Source: Mytilus trossulus (taxonomy: Eukaryota). Taken from it: 64,000 nt of DNA. A program made the position numbers and the translations under genes. Shown piece by piece: positions 62,031-64,000 of the stretch (positions within the stretch are counted from its first letter, which is position 1; every line of letters begins with the position of its first letter). Under the pieces are notes generated by a model that had not been told where the DNA came from, searched no databases, and was given only the letters and a program-made list of their open reading frames with translations. The stretch spans positions 76,859,630-76,923,629 of the forward strand of contig NC_086376.1 in assembly GCF_036588685.1 (NCBI RefSeq), written 5' to 3'.

Positions 62031-64000
62031 TTCACATTTTTTTTCATCATTTTGAAGTCTCAGACAACTAAATTATAAAGATATGTTTCATCTTCTTTTA
62101 TATCTTTTTTACATTTTGCTTTTGTAGTTGTCAATTGATCCTCTTATTTCTCGTTCCTATAAGATTAAAGATGTAGATCAGTATTTTATATTGCTTATTA
62201 TTGCATAGTATTACCGGGAAAAAACTAGTTAAACCATACACTTTAAACCTGATTTGGATCATTTGAGAAAATTAAAAACAAAAAAAATAATAATTTGACA
62301 ATATATGATTATAATAGTTACATTTTACCTGTCCGTACTTGATCTTTGGCATATTTCAATTAAACAATAATAAATTATTGCAGTTTAAAAAATCCCCTAA
62401 TTTTCACACTGGTTTATATTTGGAATGTTCGCCTTACTTTTTTGACACCAATAACAAAATGGTAAGGATATGGCACATATAGAAAAGTTTGTGTTCATGA
62501 TAAAATCATTAATGTTGAAACACGAGAACAAAAAATTTTATAAACGTATCATATTTAGAAATTAAACAAAGTGTTGTTGTGTAATATTTTTCCTTCTGTA
62601 ATTTCCACATACTTTCTCAGAACTACTTTGACTTAGAGCGAAATGACGTCACAATATAAACCAGCATGTTCTTAGTTTTACACGAGTAGTCTTGGAACTC
62701 AATTATCATTTGTTTTTATTTCACTAATAAAATCCAAAATATTTGAGTACGTAGAAACATATTTTAGCATCGAACAAAAATTGTGAATGGACGACAATGG
62801 TGATCATTCATCTATTGATGGTTGAGATTTGTATATCCTACTTGACTATCAATGGGATGCACAGATCTTTATTTCAAACAATGTTCATAGCATCAGTTTC
62901 ACTGTTGGGTTTTATGAAGTTTTCAAAACTAATAGAGTGCCCACTTCCACTACACTATAAAAAATGTTTGTGAATTTATTTTGTCCATGTAAGAAAGTTT
63001 GTATCTATTTTATCCCAATATGAAGTATGTACGTACATTCAAGAGCACCTGCTTTCTTTGTTTTTTGATACTCTATAGAAAGATGTTTATTATAAGATTG
63101 AGCGCACGGGGCAAATCATCCATTGTCCAACCATAACATATATTATAATACTAAAATGTAACTCTTTGACTTCGTTTGACAGCGGTCAATTTAGACTGAG
63201 TAGTTATTTAATAAATTGAAAAGATTATGCATAGATATCATTGGGAAAACATTTGTTTTGTGTGACTTACAGTTGCTTGACCAATACCTACTGTAATGTA
63301 AACCAAATATCATTTGAATCTAGACAAGTGAATTATAAATCTTCTTCTACATATTACATTTGATGTTAATCCACGAATCCACTAATTTATTCTTTCTAAA
63401 ATATTTACAAAATTAGGACATGATATCAGTGGTTACTTTTTTGTAAGAACATCCAGTGTAGATAATAACTAAATAACTGACTAAAGTACTGTTTAAACAT
63501 GTTCTTTTTGCTACTATATTTTACTAAGATTTTTAAGAACATAATTATTCAACTTCTTGATAGATCTCTTTTCATACTTATACGGTTTGCAGTGCACACA
63601 ACGGGCGATGATAATCTTATTATTATCACACAAAACTTGCAAATATTTGTTAAACCGATTATTTTTTTTTTACTAGTTTGTTTTAATATTTTGCCATTTA
63701 CTTGGATTTCTTCAAATGATATAATTTTGTCGTCAATTTTTTTTATTTTCATCACGTAATTCTAGCTTTAAAGATAGTTTAAATTGAGAAAGAAAATGGG
63801 GAATGTTTTGCATAACATCTTATTTCACAGACATACACTCAAATTATGTAATACTGTATCTGTCTGAACAATACTTCTATAGGGTCTCAGTAGTTAAAAT
63901 TTATGTAGGATCATGTAGATTTTCGTCAAGTTATTTTCATTTTTATGAACTACACGCTTTGACTCTGTAATTTTAACTTGGAAGGTAGTTGAGTGTATTA

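Noticed and set aside
63824-63860. Candidate next CSRP exon after TTCACAG
   Set aside because: The phase-0 reading hits a stop after six codons and lacks the expected HxWHVH motif; the next exon is probably beyond the window.

Overview
AT-rich animal genomic DNA with spliceosomal introns. The repeat families look like those of bivalve molluscs, probably a mytilid mussel (inference from recognition, not a search). I could assemble three protein-coding genes by hand with phase-consistent GT-AG junctions. (1) A DCST2-like DC-STAMP-domain gene on the minus strand (ATG at 8781) that probably continues off the left edge. (2) EXD2 (3'-5' exonuclease plus HNH-like domain) on the plus strand, starting only 198 bp away, head-to-head. 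(3) A secreted Cu-only SOD repeat protein (CSRP/Rsod-like) on the plus strand from 41363 that probably continues off the right edge. The best candidate for an undescribed system is the EXD2 3' end. It has two intact, diverged copies of the last coding exon (22610-22802 and 30250-30451; 35 of 54 aligned residues identical), each with its own acceptor, stop and AATAAA. A ~59-copy 66-bp satellite with higher-order structure lies between them. Other notable signals are an intact minimal hammerhead ribozyme (50156-50199, minus strand), a 421-bp hammerhead-bearing insertion with a 13-bp TSD, a 35-bp palindrome resembling a P-superfamily excision footprint, nested Helentron-like/MITE insertions and several long foldback elements. 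All coordinates and identities were read by eye; no database searches were run.
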